From positions 1-13,646 of the forward strand of contig JAGQPK010000050.1 of the NCBI GenBank assembly GCA_020426755.1: DNA of 13,646 bases, written 5' to 3'. The translations under genes were made by a program, and so were the position numbers. Numbering within the stretch: the first letter of the stretch is position 1; every line of letters begins with the position of its first letter. The notes beneath the pieces are model-generated. The model was not told where the DNA came from. It did not search any database and was given only the letters and a program-made list of their open reading frames with translations. Shown here piece by piece: positions 1 through 8,071 of the stretch. Source of the DNA: Planctomycetales bacterium (GTDB lineage Bacteria; Planctomycetota; Planctomycetia; Pirellulales; Pirellulaceae).

Positions 1-651
1 AAACGCAACAGGGCCACGGCACCAGGTATCCAAAGTCACTGCACCGTCCGGCTTGAGACGTTGATTCTGCAAATAGACGTTGAAGATCCATGGTGCCAAG
101 CGTTCCAGCGTATCTCGCCCGTACGATTGCCCACACAACTCGAGATTAGCCGGCTCGTAGATGATGCCGAAATTCTCGCGGCCGATAGCCTTTAAAGTTG
201 TCTCGATCGACTCGACCGTCTCGAATAAGCTCAGTGTGTGACACTGGTGTACTAGTCGAATACCAACTTCTCGAGCCGCATCTGCTGCTCGCTGCGCAAG
301 CGGTATATCCTCCTGCTTCTTTAGCGCGACTCGAATCAACGTCGAACCGAGCGCCGTGGCCAATTCCAGATACGGGCCAATGTTGGCCAGCGCATTCGGC
401 CCGCGTTCGTTGTTATAGACGATGTCGAAATCGCCCGTGATCATGCTGACGCTTAAGTCATTCGCCCTCAACATTTTAGCGGCATGCATGACGTGTTCCG
501 CTGAGGAGTTGACGCCGATCTGCGAGGCCCGCATACACAGTGCACTGTAACCGGCTGACAACGCGACGTCAGCAAGTTCCGCAAGCGGCAGAATGGGATG
601 CTCCTTACTGAGAAAGCCTTCAGCAATGCGGACAGAGAGCGAGAGATTCAT
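1..651 (-). CDS. Sugar phosphate isomerase/epimerase, xylose-isomerase-like TIM barrel. The C-terminus is cut off by the window edge.
   Basis: The reverse complement from the ATG at 649-651 reads MNLSLSVRIAEGFLSKEHPILPLAELADVALSAGYSALCMRASQIGVNS...LIRVALKK...GIIYEPANLELCG...TWCRGPVAF with no stop through position 1. That is 217 codons, all in frame. The IRVAL and YEPANLE motifs are typical of the AP-endonuclease-2/xylose-isomerase-like TIM-barrel fold. It is absent from the ORF track because it has no in-window stop. It starts 20 nt downstream of the DJ-1 stop. Confidence 0.7.
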   Translation of the reverse strand, partial: MNLSLSVRIAEGFLSKEHPILPLAELADVALSAGYSALCMRASQIGVNSSAEHVMHAAKMLRANDLSVSMITGDFDIVYNNERGPNALANIGPYLELATALGSTLIRVALKKQEDIPLAQRAADAAREVGIRLVHQCHTLSLFETVESIETTLKAIGRENFGIIYEPANLELCGQSYGRDTLERLAPWIFNVYLQNQRLKPDGAVTLDTWCRGPVAF

Positions 652-671
652 GGCGGTATCTTCCCTTGCAA

Positions 672-1244
672 CTAAGATCGCTGCGTTTTGAGCATCTCGA
701 TCAGTGCCTTCAGCACGAGTGTGTTATCCTGATAACCGCGGCCCGTCACCAGTGATCCATCGACGATACAGGGGCAGTTCTCGTACCGCGCACCGCCCTG
801 CTCCGCATCCAGTGCGCACTTGGGCACCGTCGTCACACGTTTTCCGCGTATGCAATCGGCAGCAGTCAGGATTTCGATGCCGTGGCAGAGACACGCAATC
901 GGCTTTCCAGCGTCTGCGATTTCACGAACGACGCGCAACAAGTGGGCATCATAGCGAATGTACTCTGGGGCGCGACCGCCCGAAATGAAAGCGCCAGCGA
1001 AGTCACTCGCATCGAGATCGCGAAAGGCGACACTCGCTTGCAGATGGTAACCAGGTCGCTCTTGTGTAATGTCCCATGGCACTTCGGGATTCGGTGGAAC
1101 CTCATGTAAGACAGTGTGATACAGGCGCGCCTCCGGCCCCGCAACGATCACTTCGTAGCCATCCTCTGGAAGTCGATAGTAGGCGTAGAAGGTATCCAGC
1201 GCCTCTGTCCCGTCTCCAATCGGCATAAGTATCTTTCCCGCCAT
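672..1244 (-). CDS. DJ-1/PfpI family protein, a class-I glutamine amidotransferase-like intracellular protease, amidase or glyoxalase.
   Basis: The track ORF 672..1379 starts with TTG. The first ATG is at 1242-1244 and gives MAGKILMPIGDGTEALD, a canonical DJ-1/PfpI N-terminus. The nucleophile-elbow cysteine is present as IACLCHGIEIL. A GGGGAA sequence lies about 6 nt upstream of this ATG. The 45-aa TTG extension has no DJ-1 character, so I prefer the 190-aa form. Confidence 0.8.
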   Translation of the reverse strand: MAGKILMPIGDGTEALDTFYAYYRLPEDGYEVIVAGPEARLYHTVLHEVPPNPEVPWDITQERPGYHLQASVAFRDLDASDFAGAFISGGRAPEYIRYDAHLLRVVREIADAGKPIACLCHGIEILTAADCIRGKRVTTVPKCALDAEQGGARYENCPCIVDGSLVTGRGYQDNTLVLKALIEMLKTQRS

Positions 1245-1345
1245 TACGTTCCCCGTCGCGATGAGTTTGCGTGCAATTCGACCGTGAGGATAGGGCATCG
1301 GAGCGTCCGTGGAAAGCCAGCGACACGCAGAGTTATGCAGATCGG

Positions 1346-1385
1346 CCGCGATTCGTGTATAGTCTCGCGTAGCCGTCAATCGCGG
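1346..1385. promoter_or_regulatory. Inverted repeat CCGCGATT-N24-AATCGCGG in the divergent DJ-1/MFS intergenic region.
   Basis: The 8-bp arms are perfect, at 1346-1353 and 1378-1385. The spacer contains the TATAGT-like sequence gtaTAGTct. The element is intergenic only if the DJ-1 gene starts at the ATG at 1244 rather than the TTG at 1379. Confidence 0.3.
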
Positions 1386-1447
1386 GGAGCAATTACGACT
1401 CCTCCACTGGGCCAGTCGGCAACGCAGTCCCGAGACGAACAGCGACG

Positions 1448-2713
1448 ATGACCATGGATTCTGACATAACTAAGTCACAGCGCTACAACATCCTGGCCGC
1501 GGGCTTTTTGGGTTGGCTGTTGGCCGGTATCCAACTTGCCGTCGCGTCCGTTGTGATGCGTGACGCGGCCAAGGACCTGCTGGGGCCGGCAAACGAAGCA
1601 CTGTATGGTCAATGGTTCGGATGGCTAACCAGTTCATTTATGCTTGGTGCCGCAGCCGGAGGTTACTTGCTGGGGTGGGTCGGTGACAAGGCGGGACGCC
1701 GCACGGCAATGGCCATTACGATCGCTTGGTATTCGATCTTCGCCGGGCTCTGCTACTTCGTACAATCGGCGCCGCAACTGCTTGTGATGCGTTTCTTGGT
1801 GGGTGTCGGTGTGGGCGGGATGTGGCCGAACGGAATCGCGTTGATTTCTGAGGCGTGGCCCAACATGTCGCGGCCAATGCTCTCGGGCGTGATCGGTACT
1901 GCAGCGAACGTCGGGATCACGTTGTTCTCATTGCTAACTTGGCGATTTCATGTGACGCCTGACCACTGGCGTTGGGTCATGGTGCTCAGCTTATCGCCGC
2001 TCCTACTAGCAGTTTGGGTCCAACTTACGGTGCGTGAATCCCCACGATGGCTCGCCATTCGTGCAACATCGAAACAGCAGCACGAACAAACGGGTAAGCG
2101 CGCGACCTCACCCCTGCTGGAAATCTTCAGCCCTCCCATGCTGGGAATTACCCTCGTCGCCATCTTGTTGGGCACAATCCCATTGTTCGGCGGGTGGGGT
2201 AACGCAAATTGGGCAAACGCTTGGGCCTCACAACTGGATCCGGCACTGAAGGCGAAGACGCTGCTCGCGCGATCAGCGCCCGGGTCGGTCGCGAGTCTAC
2301 TCGGAGGCGCACTGGCAACATGGATGGGCCGACGCTTTTCCTACTTCCTGCTCTCAGTCCTTTGCCTGATCTGTTCACAAGGTCTCTTCGGCTACTCGGC
2401 ACCGGGAGAACCCTCGTTTCTGTGGTGGGTCGCTGCGTTGGGTTTATTCAGCGGGTTCTTTTTCGGCTGGCTGCCATTGTGCCTGCCTGAACTGTTCCCG
2501 ACCCGCGTTCGTTCGACCGGCGCAGGCGTCGGCTTTAACTTTGGCCGTATCGCCACCGCCTTCGGGATTCTGGTAGCTGCGGATTGGCTTAAGACTCATT
2601 ACGCAGGCGATTACGGTCGAATCGGAGAGATCACCGGGTGGATCTACTTACTCGGCGCTGTTGTGATCTGGTTTTCACCCGATACGACTCAGCGCGGCCT
2701 GAGTGACGACTGA
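1448..2713 (+). CDS. Major facilitator superfamily (MFS) transporter.
   Basis: The 421-aa protein is highly hydrophobic throughout, with about 12 predicted TM segments. The GWVGDKAGRR motif matches the MFS loop 2-3 signature G-x3-D-[RK]-x-G-R-[RK]. A second copy appears later as ATWMGRRFSY. An alternative ATG lies at 1454. The gene is divergent from the DJ-1 gene. Confidence 0.85.
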   Translation: MTMDSDITKSQRYNILAAGFLGWLLAGIQLAVASVVMRDAAKDLLGPANEALYGQWFGWLTSSFMLGAAAGGYLLGWVGDKAGRRTAMAITIAWYSIFAGLCYFVQSAPQLLVMRFLVGVGVGGMWPNGIALISEAWPNMSRPMLSGVIGTAANVGITLFSLLTWRFHVTPDHWRWVMVLSLSPLLLAVWVQLTVRESPRWLAIRATSKQQHEQTGKRATSPLLEIFSPPMLGITLVAILLGTIPLFGGWGNANWANAWASQLDPALKAKTLLARSAPGSVASLLGGALATWMGRRFSYFLLSVLCLICSQGLFGYSAPGEPSFLWWVAALGLFSGFFFGWLPLCLPELFPTRVRSTGAGVGFNFGRIATAFGILVAADWLKTHYAGDYGRIGEITGWIYLLGAVVIWFSPDTTQRGLSDD

Positions 2714-2767
2714 ACGTAGCTATACATTCAACTGATGGGCCATTCGGCGTTCGCGGGTGTCGCACAT

Positions 2768-3460
2768 TTAGAAATGTGGATCATCTTGAAACCGATAGCC
2801 AACATCGCGCACGGTTTCAATCCAATGCGGATGCCGCGGATCGTCTTCGATCTTCGAACGCAAAGTAGTAATGCAACGATCGACGCTGCGATCAGACACA
2901 ATAACGAAACGGCCCCAAACGGCATCGAGTAATTCATTACGAGTCAAAGCGCGACCGGCGCGAGTTGCCATGTACTCGAGCACACCAAACTCTTTCGTCG
3001 TCAGCTCGATGTTAGTGTCCCCACGACGTAACCGCTTGGCACTACGATCCAGCTCAAAAGGCCCAAACGCAATCCTGTCACCGACCGGATGACTGCGCCG
3101 GCGCAGAAATGCCCTGGCCCTCGCCAGCACTTCCTTGATGCGGAATGGCTTTGTCACATAATCATCCGCCCCCAATTCCAAACCGCGAATGATGTCATCC
3201 TCCTGTCCCTTCGCCGTCAAGATGATGATTGTGGAATTAACCTGACGCGCGCGTAATTCGCGACAGACTTCAAAACCGTTGAGCGATGGCAGCATGATAT
3301 CGAGCAGAATCACATCGGGGGAAATCGCGACAGCCATCTCCAGTCCCTGCCGTCCATCGATTGCCGTGTGCACTTCATAGCCATCGAAGTTGAAGTTATC
3401 GCACAATCCACGCAGAATGGTGAGGTCGTCTTCCACAATCAATACTCGCGGCGCCGTCAT
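2768..3460 (-). CDS. OmpR/PhoB-family two-component response regulator, with a receiver domain and a winged-helix DNA-binding domain.
   Basis: VLIVEDD then LLDIMLP gives the phospho-acceptor aspartate context. TAKGQEDDIIRGLELGADDYVTKPF is the receiver alpha4-beta5 region. The C-terminal FGPFELD...LTTKEFGVLEYM...VWG...RSVDRCITTLRSKIE...IETVRDVGYRF is a classic OmpR wHTH. Its ATG is 21 nt downstream of the kinase stop. Confidence 0.92.
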   Translation of the reverse strand: MTAPRVLIVEDDLTILRGLCDNFNFDGYEVHTAIDGRQGLEMAVAISPDVILLDIMLPSLNGFEVCRELRARQVNSTIIILTAKGQEDDIIRGLELGADDYVTKPFRIKEVLARARAFLRRRSHPVGDRIAFGPFELDRSAKRLRRGDTNIELTTKEFGVLEYMATRAGRALTRNELLDAVWGRFVIVSDRSVDRCITTLRSKIEDDPRHPHWIETVRDVGYRFQDDPHF

Positions 3461-3481
3461 GCGTATCTCATTTCTCTGGAC

Positions 3482-5461
3482 TCAGTCTGCGGCTGAAATG
3501 GGGAGCTCAACGATGAAAGTGGCTCCCTTGCCGGCATGGCTGTCGATACGAACCGTGCCTCGCATCGCGTCTACCATCATCTTGACGATGCTCAATCCCA
3601 ACCCGCAACCGCTGATCGTCTGATTCAATTGTCGTTGACCACGATAGAATCTGCGAAACGCACGGCGCTGGACACCACGCGTCAAACCCGGGCCGTTGTC
3701 GGACACTCGCAGCTGAATGCGATCTCCACACGTAGACGCAGCGACGCCGATCTTGCGCACGGGGTCAGAGTACTTGTAGGCATTATCAAGTAGATTGATG
3801 AGCACTGCGACCAACGCATCACGGTCCGCGTGCACGCATGGCAAGTGCGGCGGCACGTCGATCAGGAGTTGGCAATCGGGTCCATATAGTTTTGGCCCCA
3901 CAGCTCCGACTGCGGCGCTGACTACGTCCGCAACATCTACCGCTCCGAGTTGCAGCGAACTGACGCCGCGTTTGGCACGAGAGAAAGATAGGAAGTTTTC
4001 CACCATACGTGTGAGACGCGTGTTCTCCTGAGCCATCATGTCAAGATACTCGGCGACATGCTGCTTTTCGGTGAGCTGCCCAGAGCGGAGTGTGTCTGTT
4101 AGCAGCCGCATTGATGCCAGCGGAGTCCTCAGCTCGTGCGCGACTGTATCGACCAAGTCGTTCTGCAGTTCAGCGAGCTGCAATCGACGCCGTATGACAC
4201 GGATCGTTGCGAGAGCGCCGATAGTTAGCGTAATCGCCAACACAATCACTACCCAGGTAGTGACGAGCTGCTCCGCTTGATAAGTGGCACTCAATCCGTC
4301 ACTTTGCAGTGCGATCCGCCAGCCTCTCATTGGCAAACCAACGTCTTCCATTAGTGCCGCATCGCTTGCCGTCACTTCACTCGGGCTCAACAACGTCACT
4401 TTCACATCCGGATTAGATGATTCAGCCGACAACAACGTGTCAAACCACTGTTGCAAGGTGATTCCACGAATCAGCAAGACGGTTGTCGCATCGTTAGATA
4501 ACGCGATTTGCCAAACATCGTCAACATTACTGAGAGCAAGCGTAGCGGTGACAGGAGTCCGCCCCTCCGCAGTCAGCCACGCAGCAGCCAATTCCTCAGC
4601 GTCGAGCGTGGGAAGCCTTGCCGCTGCCGGGCTACCATCTTTCGCCCCCACGTCGGCAGCCAGCGAGTTGTCAATCTGCTGCCACTGTTTCATCAAAAAA
4701 CGACGTTGTGGAGCCGGAAACTCCACCGTCCTGTAGTCATTCAATGTCTGCCGGATATGTTCATTCTTCGCAATTACGTCATTCGTGACGCCCGCAGCTG
4801 CGGCATCATTCAGCCACAACACTTGCGCTGCGATGAGTGGCCACGTGCCGTCCGAATCGCGTGCGTTGCGTGCTGCCGGATTCGACTCCCAAGCGACCAA
4901 TAACTCCAGCCCTTCGTTCAGCCGCTGTTGTTTTAGCAAACAACGAAGCTGACCACGATAAGCGAGTGCAGTCAGTAGAGGGTCTACGGCCGCATCAACA
5001 ACTTGCTCATAGGCATGCGCGGCCTCATGCGGTGAGTTCTGCTGAAACTCAAGAAACTCAGCGTGCGACCAAAGCGATGCCAAGTTTGTCGGCCACGTAA
5101 TCGGCGCGCTCGGAGGAATCTCAACTGTCGGATAAAGTGCAGACTTGTTCGCGTCGAGCACAACAACAGAGTCGCACATTCCATCCGTGACAATCGACGC
5201 GAACCGGCTGGCGGGCGACGTGTCATTGGCTTGTCGAGCAGCTTTCATAAGATCGTCAAAGCGACTAGTAAGGCGAGCTCGCACGTCGCGGAGCTGCGAG
5301 CGATATGCCTCCAAAAGCAGTTGACGTGATGCCAGACGCTCGAGCTGATTGGCGCGCATCACGAACATCAGGATACCGACGGTCGGCACCATTAACAACA
5401 AGAACAGCAGAATCACGGGCCATTCGCTGAACGCATGACCCGTTCTTCGTGACAAACGCAT
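3482..5461 (-). CDS. Sensor histidine kinase with a large periplasmic sensing domain.
   Basis: The 659-aa protein has an N-terminal TM segment (WPVILLFLLLMVPTVGILMFV), then about 360 aa of probable periplasmic sequence, then a second TM segment (TWVVIVLAITLTIGALATI). The H-box is VAHELRTPL, the N-box is LLDNAYKYS, G1 is DNGPGL and G2 is GCGLGLSIV. I could not see a HAMP domain; the HisKA domain follows directly after TM2. Confidence 0.92.
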   Translation of the reverse strand: MRLSRRTGHAFSEWPVILLFLLLMVPTVGILMFVMRANQLERLASRQLLLEAYRSQLRDVRARLTSRFDDLMKAARQANDTSPASRFASIVTDGMCDSVVVLDANKSALYPTVEIPPSAPITWPTNLASLWSHAEFLEFQQNSPHEAAHAYEQVVDAAVDPLLTALAYRGQLRCLLKQQRLNEGLELLVAWESNPAARNARDSDGTWPLIAAQVLWLNDAAAAGVTNDVIAKNEHIRQTLNDYRTVEFPAPQRRFLMKQWQQIDNSLAADVGAKDGSPAAARLPTLDAEELAAAWLTAEGRTPVTATLALSNVDDVWQIALSNDATTVLLIRGITLQQWFDTLLSAESSNPDVKVTLLSPSEVTASDAALMEDVGLPMRGWRIALQSDGLSATYQAEQLVTTWVVIVLAITLTIGALATIRVIRRRLQLAELQNDLVDTVAHELRTPLASMRLLTDTLRSGQLTEKQHVAEYLDMMAQENTRLTRMVENFLSFSRAKRGVSSLQLGAVDVADVVSAAVGAVGPKLYGPDCQLLIDVPPHLPCVHADRDALVAVLINLLDNAYKYSDPVRKIGVAASTCGDRIQLRVSDNGPGLTRGVQRRAFRRFYRGQRQLNQTISGCGLGLSIVKMMVDAMRGTVRIDSHAGKGATFIVELPISAAD

Positions 5462-5467
5462 CCGAAT

Positions 5468-6895
5468 CTACTCTTTGTGCGTGAGCGACGCTCGCAGCGC
5501 ATCCAATTCCGTTACGATTTCGCTGTAGATACTTTTCTCGCTCTGCGCAGCAATTAGCAAGTCGAACTCTTTAGTCCGGGCCAGAACCTCATCGCCAACG
5601 TAGTTTGCTTTCGCAAACGAGTGATCGTAGACAATGCGCACGGCATCACTACCAGCCAATTCGGTCTTTTTGTCTACGTTGTCACGCACAACCAGCGATT
5701 TCAGTGTCTTCTTCAAGCGATTGACGCGATCAGCTTGAGCCTGCTCAGCGTTCAGCTTCCCTGCTTCCTTACGCTCTTCGACACGAACCATCACGTTGCA
5801 CATCGCAGGAGCGATGATCAGTGCCCGTGGTAGCTTGGCGTCGGCAAAAGTCGCAAGGTGCCAACCGGCGGGCAGTGTAAGCGAGAATCCATCGCCAATA
5901 TCGCGCTGTTCGGCCTGCCCATCGCCAGTTGAAATCAGCTCACCGATAACGGCACCCGCGTCAAACTTGACGATCGAACGCTGCTCATCATTGGCAACCC
6001 AGAAGGTCTGACCGATGTTCATCTCAACACGAAAGCATTCAAATGTTCCCGCCGGTGTTGTAATGCTTTCAATCTTGGGCACGGTCAGCTTAATATCCAT
6101 CGCCATATGAGCGAACTCAGTACAGATTGGCAGGGTGATCTCTGCACCAACGCTCAGCGGCAGTTGCCGCAACAGAAAGAACACTTGGTCATTTGAGTAC
6201 GTCACGCCTGACAACGGCACGGTCTTGGTTTCCGCTGACGGTTGAGTGAGATCGAACACGACTTCGTTGTCGTGGTAAGTGGCAGTACCATTCCCAAGAA
6301 TCAAGTGTTGCCAGACGGTCCGAATAGGGTGATTGTTATCAGCATCAACAAGCACATCACTGAAACCTTCATTGTCACCGACCAGCACATATCGATGTAC
6401 GCCAAACCGCCAGGCGTCACGACCTTCGTGCTGAACTAAGTTTGCATTCAGTCCGATCAAGCCGATCGTTTGCCCCCCGGCGAACTTCATTACAAGTGTC
6501 TGCCGCTCACCTGACTTCCAAGGCGCGGCCAGCAACGGCATCGACGACTCCAGCTCCGCCTTCGCCTGTCGTACGACATCTGTTACATCGGGATAGCCGG
6601 CGATGAGTTGCTCCAACTCGTGTCGCGCGTCGCTTTGCTTACCAAGCTTCTTCAGACAACGTGCCAAACGCAAGTGAGCTTTCGCCGCCACGGTGGCTGC
6701 GTCCTTGCCGTCGCGCACAATTTCACGATACAGCTTGATGGCTTCTCCCAGATTGCCGGCCGTCTCCTCCTGATAGACCGCAGCGGCAAGTCGCTCATCA
6801 ATCGTATCGGCAGCAGACAAATTCTGCCCGGCAAGCGTAACCAGTAACATGGCTGCGACCGCCGTCACAAGCGAACGCCAGAACTTTCGTGACAT
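5468..6895 (-). CDS. Secreted protein with an N-terminal TPR-like helical region and a C-terminal beta-rich domain. Function unknown; likely a periplasmic accessory partner of the downstream kinase.
   Basis: The track ORF 5468..7096 has a 67-aa arginine-rich leader. The internal ATG at 6893-6895 is preceded by AGGAGG 8 nt upstream. It yields MSRKFWRSLVTAVAAMLLVTLAGQNLSA|AD, a signal peptide with an A-x-A cleavage site. LGEAIKLYREIV...AHLRLARCLKKLGKQSDARHELEQLIAGYPD is TPR-like. The stop sits 6 nt upstream of the kinase ATG. Confidence 0.7.
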   Translation of the reverse strand: MSRKFWRSLVTAVAAMLLVTLAGQNLSAADTIDERLAAAVYQEETAGNLGEAIKLYREIVRDGKDAATVAAKAHLRLARCLKKLGKQSDARHELEQLIAGYPDVTDVVRQAKAELESSMPLLAAPWKSGERQTLVMKFAGGQTIGLIGLNANLVQHEGRDAWRFGVHRYVLVGDNEGFSDVLVDADNNHPIRTVWQHLILGNGTATYHDNEVVFDLTQPSAETKTVPLSGVTYSNDQVFFLLRQLPLSVGAEITLPICTEFAHMAMDIKLTVPKIESITTPAGTFECFRVEMNIGQTFWVANDEQRSIVKFDAGAVIGELISTGDGQAEQRDIGDGFSLTLPAGWHLATFADAKLPRALIIAPAMCNVMVRVEERKEAGKLNAEQAQADRVNRLKKTLKSLVVRDNVDKKTELAGSDAVRIVYDHSFAKANYVGDEVLARTKEFDLLIAAQSEKSIYSEIVTELDALRASLTHKE

Positions 6896-7036
6896 GACTA
6901 GGCCTCCTGTAGGCAATGAACCAATTCGTTTTAGCTGGCGTTGCACCGTCTCGGCACCCAGGTGGCCAAGGCGATCAATCCGCCAGCAACGCCTGTCACG
7001 ATATTCGACACGTGTTACCTCCAGATGACGCGATTG

Positions 7037-7064
7037 AAAAATGTGAACGCAGCGTTCGCGAACG
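7037..7064 (-). terminator. Overlapping palindromes (GAACGC-a-GCGTTC and CGTTCGCGAACG) with an adjacent T-tract on the minus strand. A weak intrinsic-terminator candidate, or an operator.
   Basis: GAACGC at 7045-7050 pairs with GCGTTC at 7052-7057. CGTTCGCGAACG at 7053-7064 is a perfect 12-bp palindrome. On the minus-strand transcript the hairpin is followed by ACA-UUUUU (A5 at 7037-7041 on the plus strand). It lies about 85 nt downstream of the VIT gene stop and about 150 nt upstream of the secreted-protein gene start. Confidence 0.3.
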
Positions 7065-7145
7065 TTAAATCTTCCCGCATCAAGTAGCCTTATCACGAGT
7101 CGGTTTCGAGTGCCGGTGAAGCTGCCCAGCTGCGATTGAAGCGAG

Positions 7146-7877
7146 TTACGCGGAGACGCCGAACAGAGCGCCGATGATTCCCGTCGCTGCCATAGCTAGA
7201 GCTCCCCAGAACGTAACACGCATCACGGCTTTGGGCATGGGAGCGCCGCCGGCCCGGGCAGCGACTCCGCCCAGCAACGCTAAGAAGGCAAGTGACATGC
7301 CGGACACCGTAAGCGGAATTGCCGCCGTCGGGGTCACCCAAACAGTCAACAGCGGCAACGCTGCTCCCACAGCAAACGTAGCGGCCGATGCCAACGCCGC
7401 TTGAATTGGTCGCGCCGTAGTTGCCTCGGAGATGCCCAATTCATCTCGCGCATGTGCACCCAGCGCATCGAACTCCATCAATTGCCTTGCCACTTCTTTG
7501 GCGAGCGGTTCGGTCAGGCCTCGCTGAACGTAAATCGCAGTCAGCTCGTCTAACTCACCGACACGATCGGTCGCGAGTTCCTGACGTTCACGCGTTAGGT
7601 CTGCAGCCTCCGTGTCAGCTTGTGAGCTAACTGAAACGTACTCGCCCGCCGCCATCGACATCGCCCCGGCGACCAACCCTGCGACGCCCGCCACCAAGAT
7701 GTTTGCCTTAGTGGATTCTGCCGTCGCCACGCCAATCACGAGACTCGCCGTCGAAACAATGCCATCGTTCGCACCCAATACGGCCGCACGTAGCCAACCG
7801 ATTCGTTCGGTTCGATGGCGTTCTAGATGTAAGCGCATGACAACCGCCTTGGCCGATTCAGCTATGCATGGTCTCAT
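7146..7877 (-). CDS. VIT1/CCC1 family (vacuolar iron transporter-like, DUF125) Fe/Mn membrane transporter.
   Basis: The N-terminal motif is HRTERIGWLRAAVLGANDGIVSTASLVIGVA, the hallmark of VIT-family proteins. The central cytosolic helical region is acidic (EAADLTRERQELATDRVGELDELTAIYVQRGL). The C-terminal hydrophobic half carries the TM segments. An alternative start is M14 at 7836-7838. Confidence 0.85.
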   Translation of the reverse strand: MRPCIAESAKAVVMRLHLERHRTERIGWLRAAVLGANDGIVSTASLVIGVATAESTKANILVAGVAGLVAGAMSMAAGEYVSVSSQADTEAADLTRERQELATDRVGELDELTAIYVQRGLTEPLAKEVARQLMEFDALGAHARDELGISEATTARPIQAALASAATFAVGAALPLLTVWVTPTAAIPLTVSGMSLAFLALLGGVAARAGGAPMPKAVMRVTFWGALAMAATGIIGALFGVSA

Positions 7878-7881
7878 GCAT
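7864..7881. promoter_or_regulatory. Perfect inverted repeat ATGCATG-gtct-CATGCAT at the divergent gene starts. Candidate operator.
   Basis: The arms are 7 bp each with a 4-bp spacer. The right arm contains the CAT (ATG on the minus strand) start of the VIT gene at 7875-7877. The left arm contains the ATG at 7868 of the extended plus-strand ORF. It sits in the 194-bp divergent region between the VIT gene and the TolB-like gene. Confidence 0.4.
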
Positions 7882-8071
7882 TTCTGTTGCTTTCGACGTC
7901 TCTCCCCGCAACACTCGTGACTCTAACGACTCTGATTGTAAAAGATTTCCCTGCGAGTCGCCATCACACCAAATCATAACCAGTTGCCGGGGACACTTCG
8001 GCGCAGTATCGTGCGGCGGTTGTCGAGTTGCTTTTAATCTATGCAGTCGCTTTCGTGTGGAGATTTCTCGT

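Noticed and set aside
1245-1379. TTG-initiated 45-aa N-terminal extension of the DJ-1/PfpI ORF.
   Set aside because: The extension lacks DJ-1 features. The internal ATG with an upstream GGGGAA yields the canonical MAGKIL... N-terminus, and the extension would overlay the intergenic inverted repeat. It is kept only as an alternative.
2714-2767. Possible bidirectional terminator between the convergent MFS and response-regulator genes.
   Set aside because: I looked for a GC stem followed by a T-tract in the 54-nt spacer. Only 3-bp stems such as GCG...CGC near ACATTT are present, with no convincing hairpin.
3507-5329. Multiple plus-strand ORFs of 74-150 aa inside the histidine kinase gene (3536..3793, 3795..4031, 4038..4280, 4284..4736, 4508..4903, 4837..5100, 5063..5329).
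   Set aside because: All are fully nested antisense to a CDS with clear H, N, G1 and G2 boxes. Their products are S/T/R-rich with no motifs. They are typical GC-rich antisense read-through.
6896-7096. Arginine-rich 67-aa leader on the 5468..7096 ORF (MIRLLDAGRFNVRERCVHIFQSRHLEV...).
   Set aside because: A strong AGGAGG Shine-Dalgarno-like (SD-like) element and a textbook signal peptide begin at the internal ATG at 6895. A cytoplasmic arginine-rich extension in front of a signal peptide is implausible.
7868-8071. 68-codon upstream extension of the TolB-like ORF starting at the ATG at 7868.
   Set aside because: The extension is cysteine- and arginine-rich with no hydrophobic signal. The true signal peptide starts at the ATG at 8072, which has GGAG upstream. 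The 7868 ATG sits inside a palindrome, which is more likely regulatory DNA.
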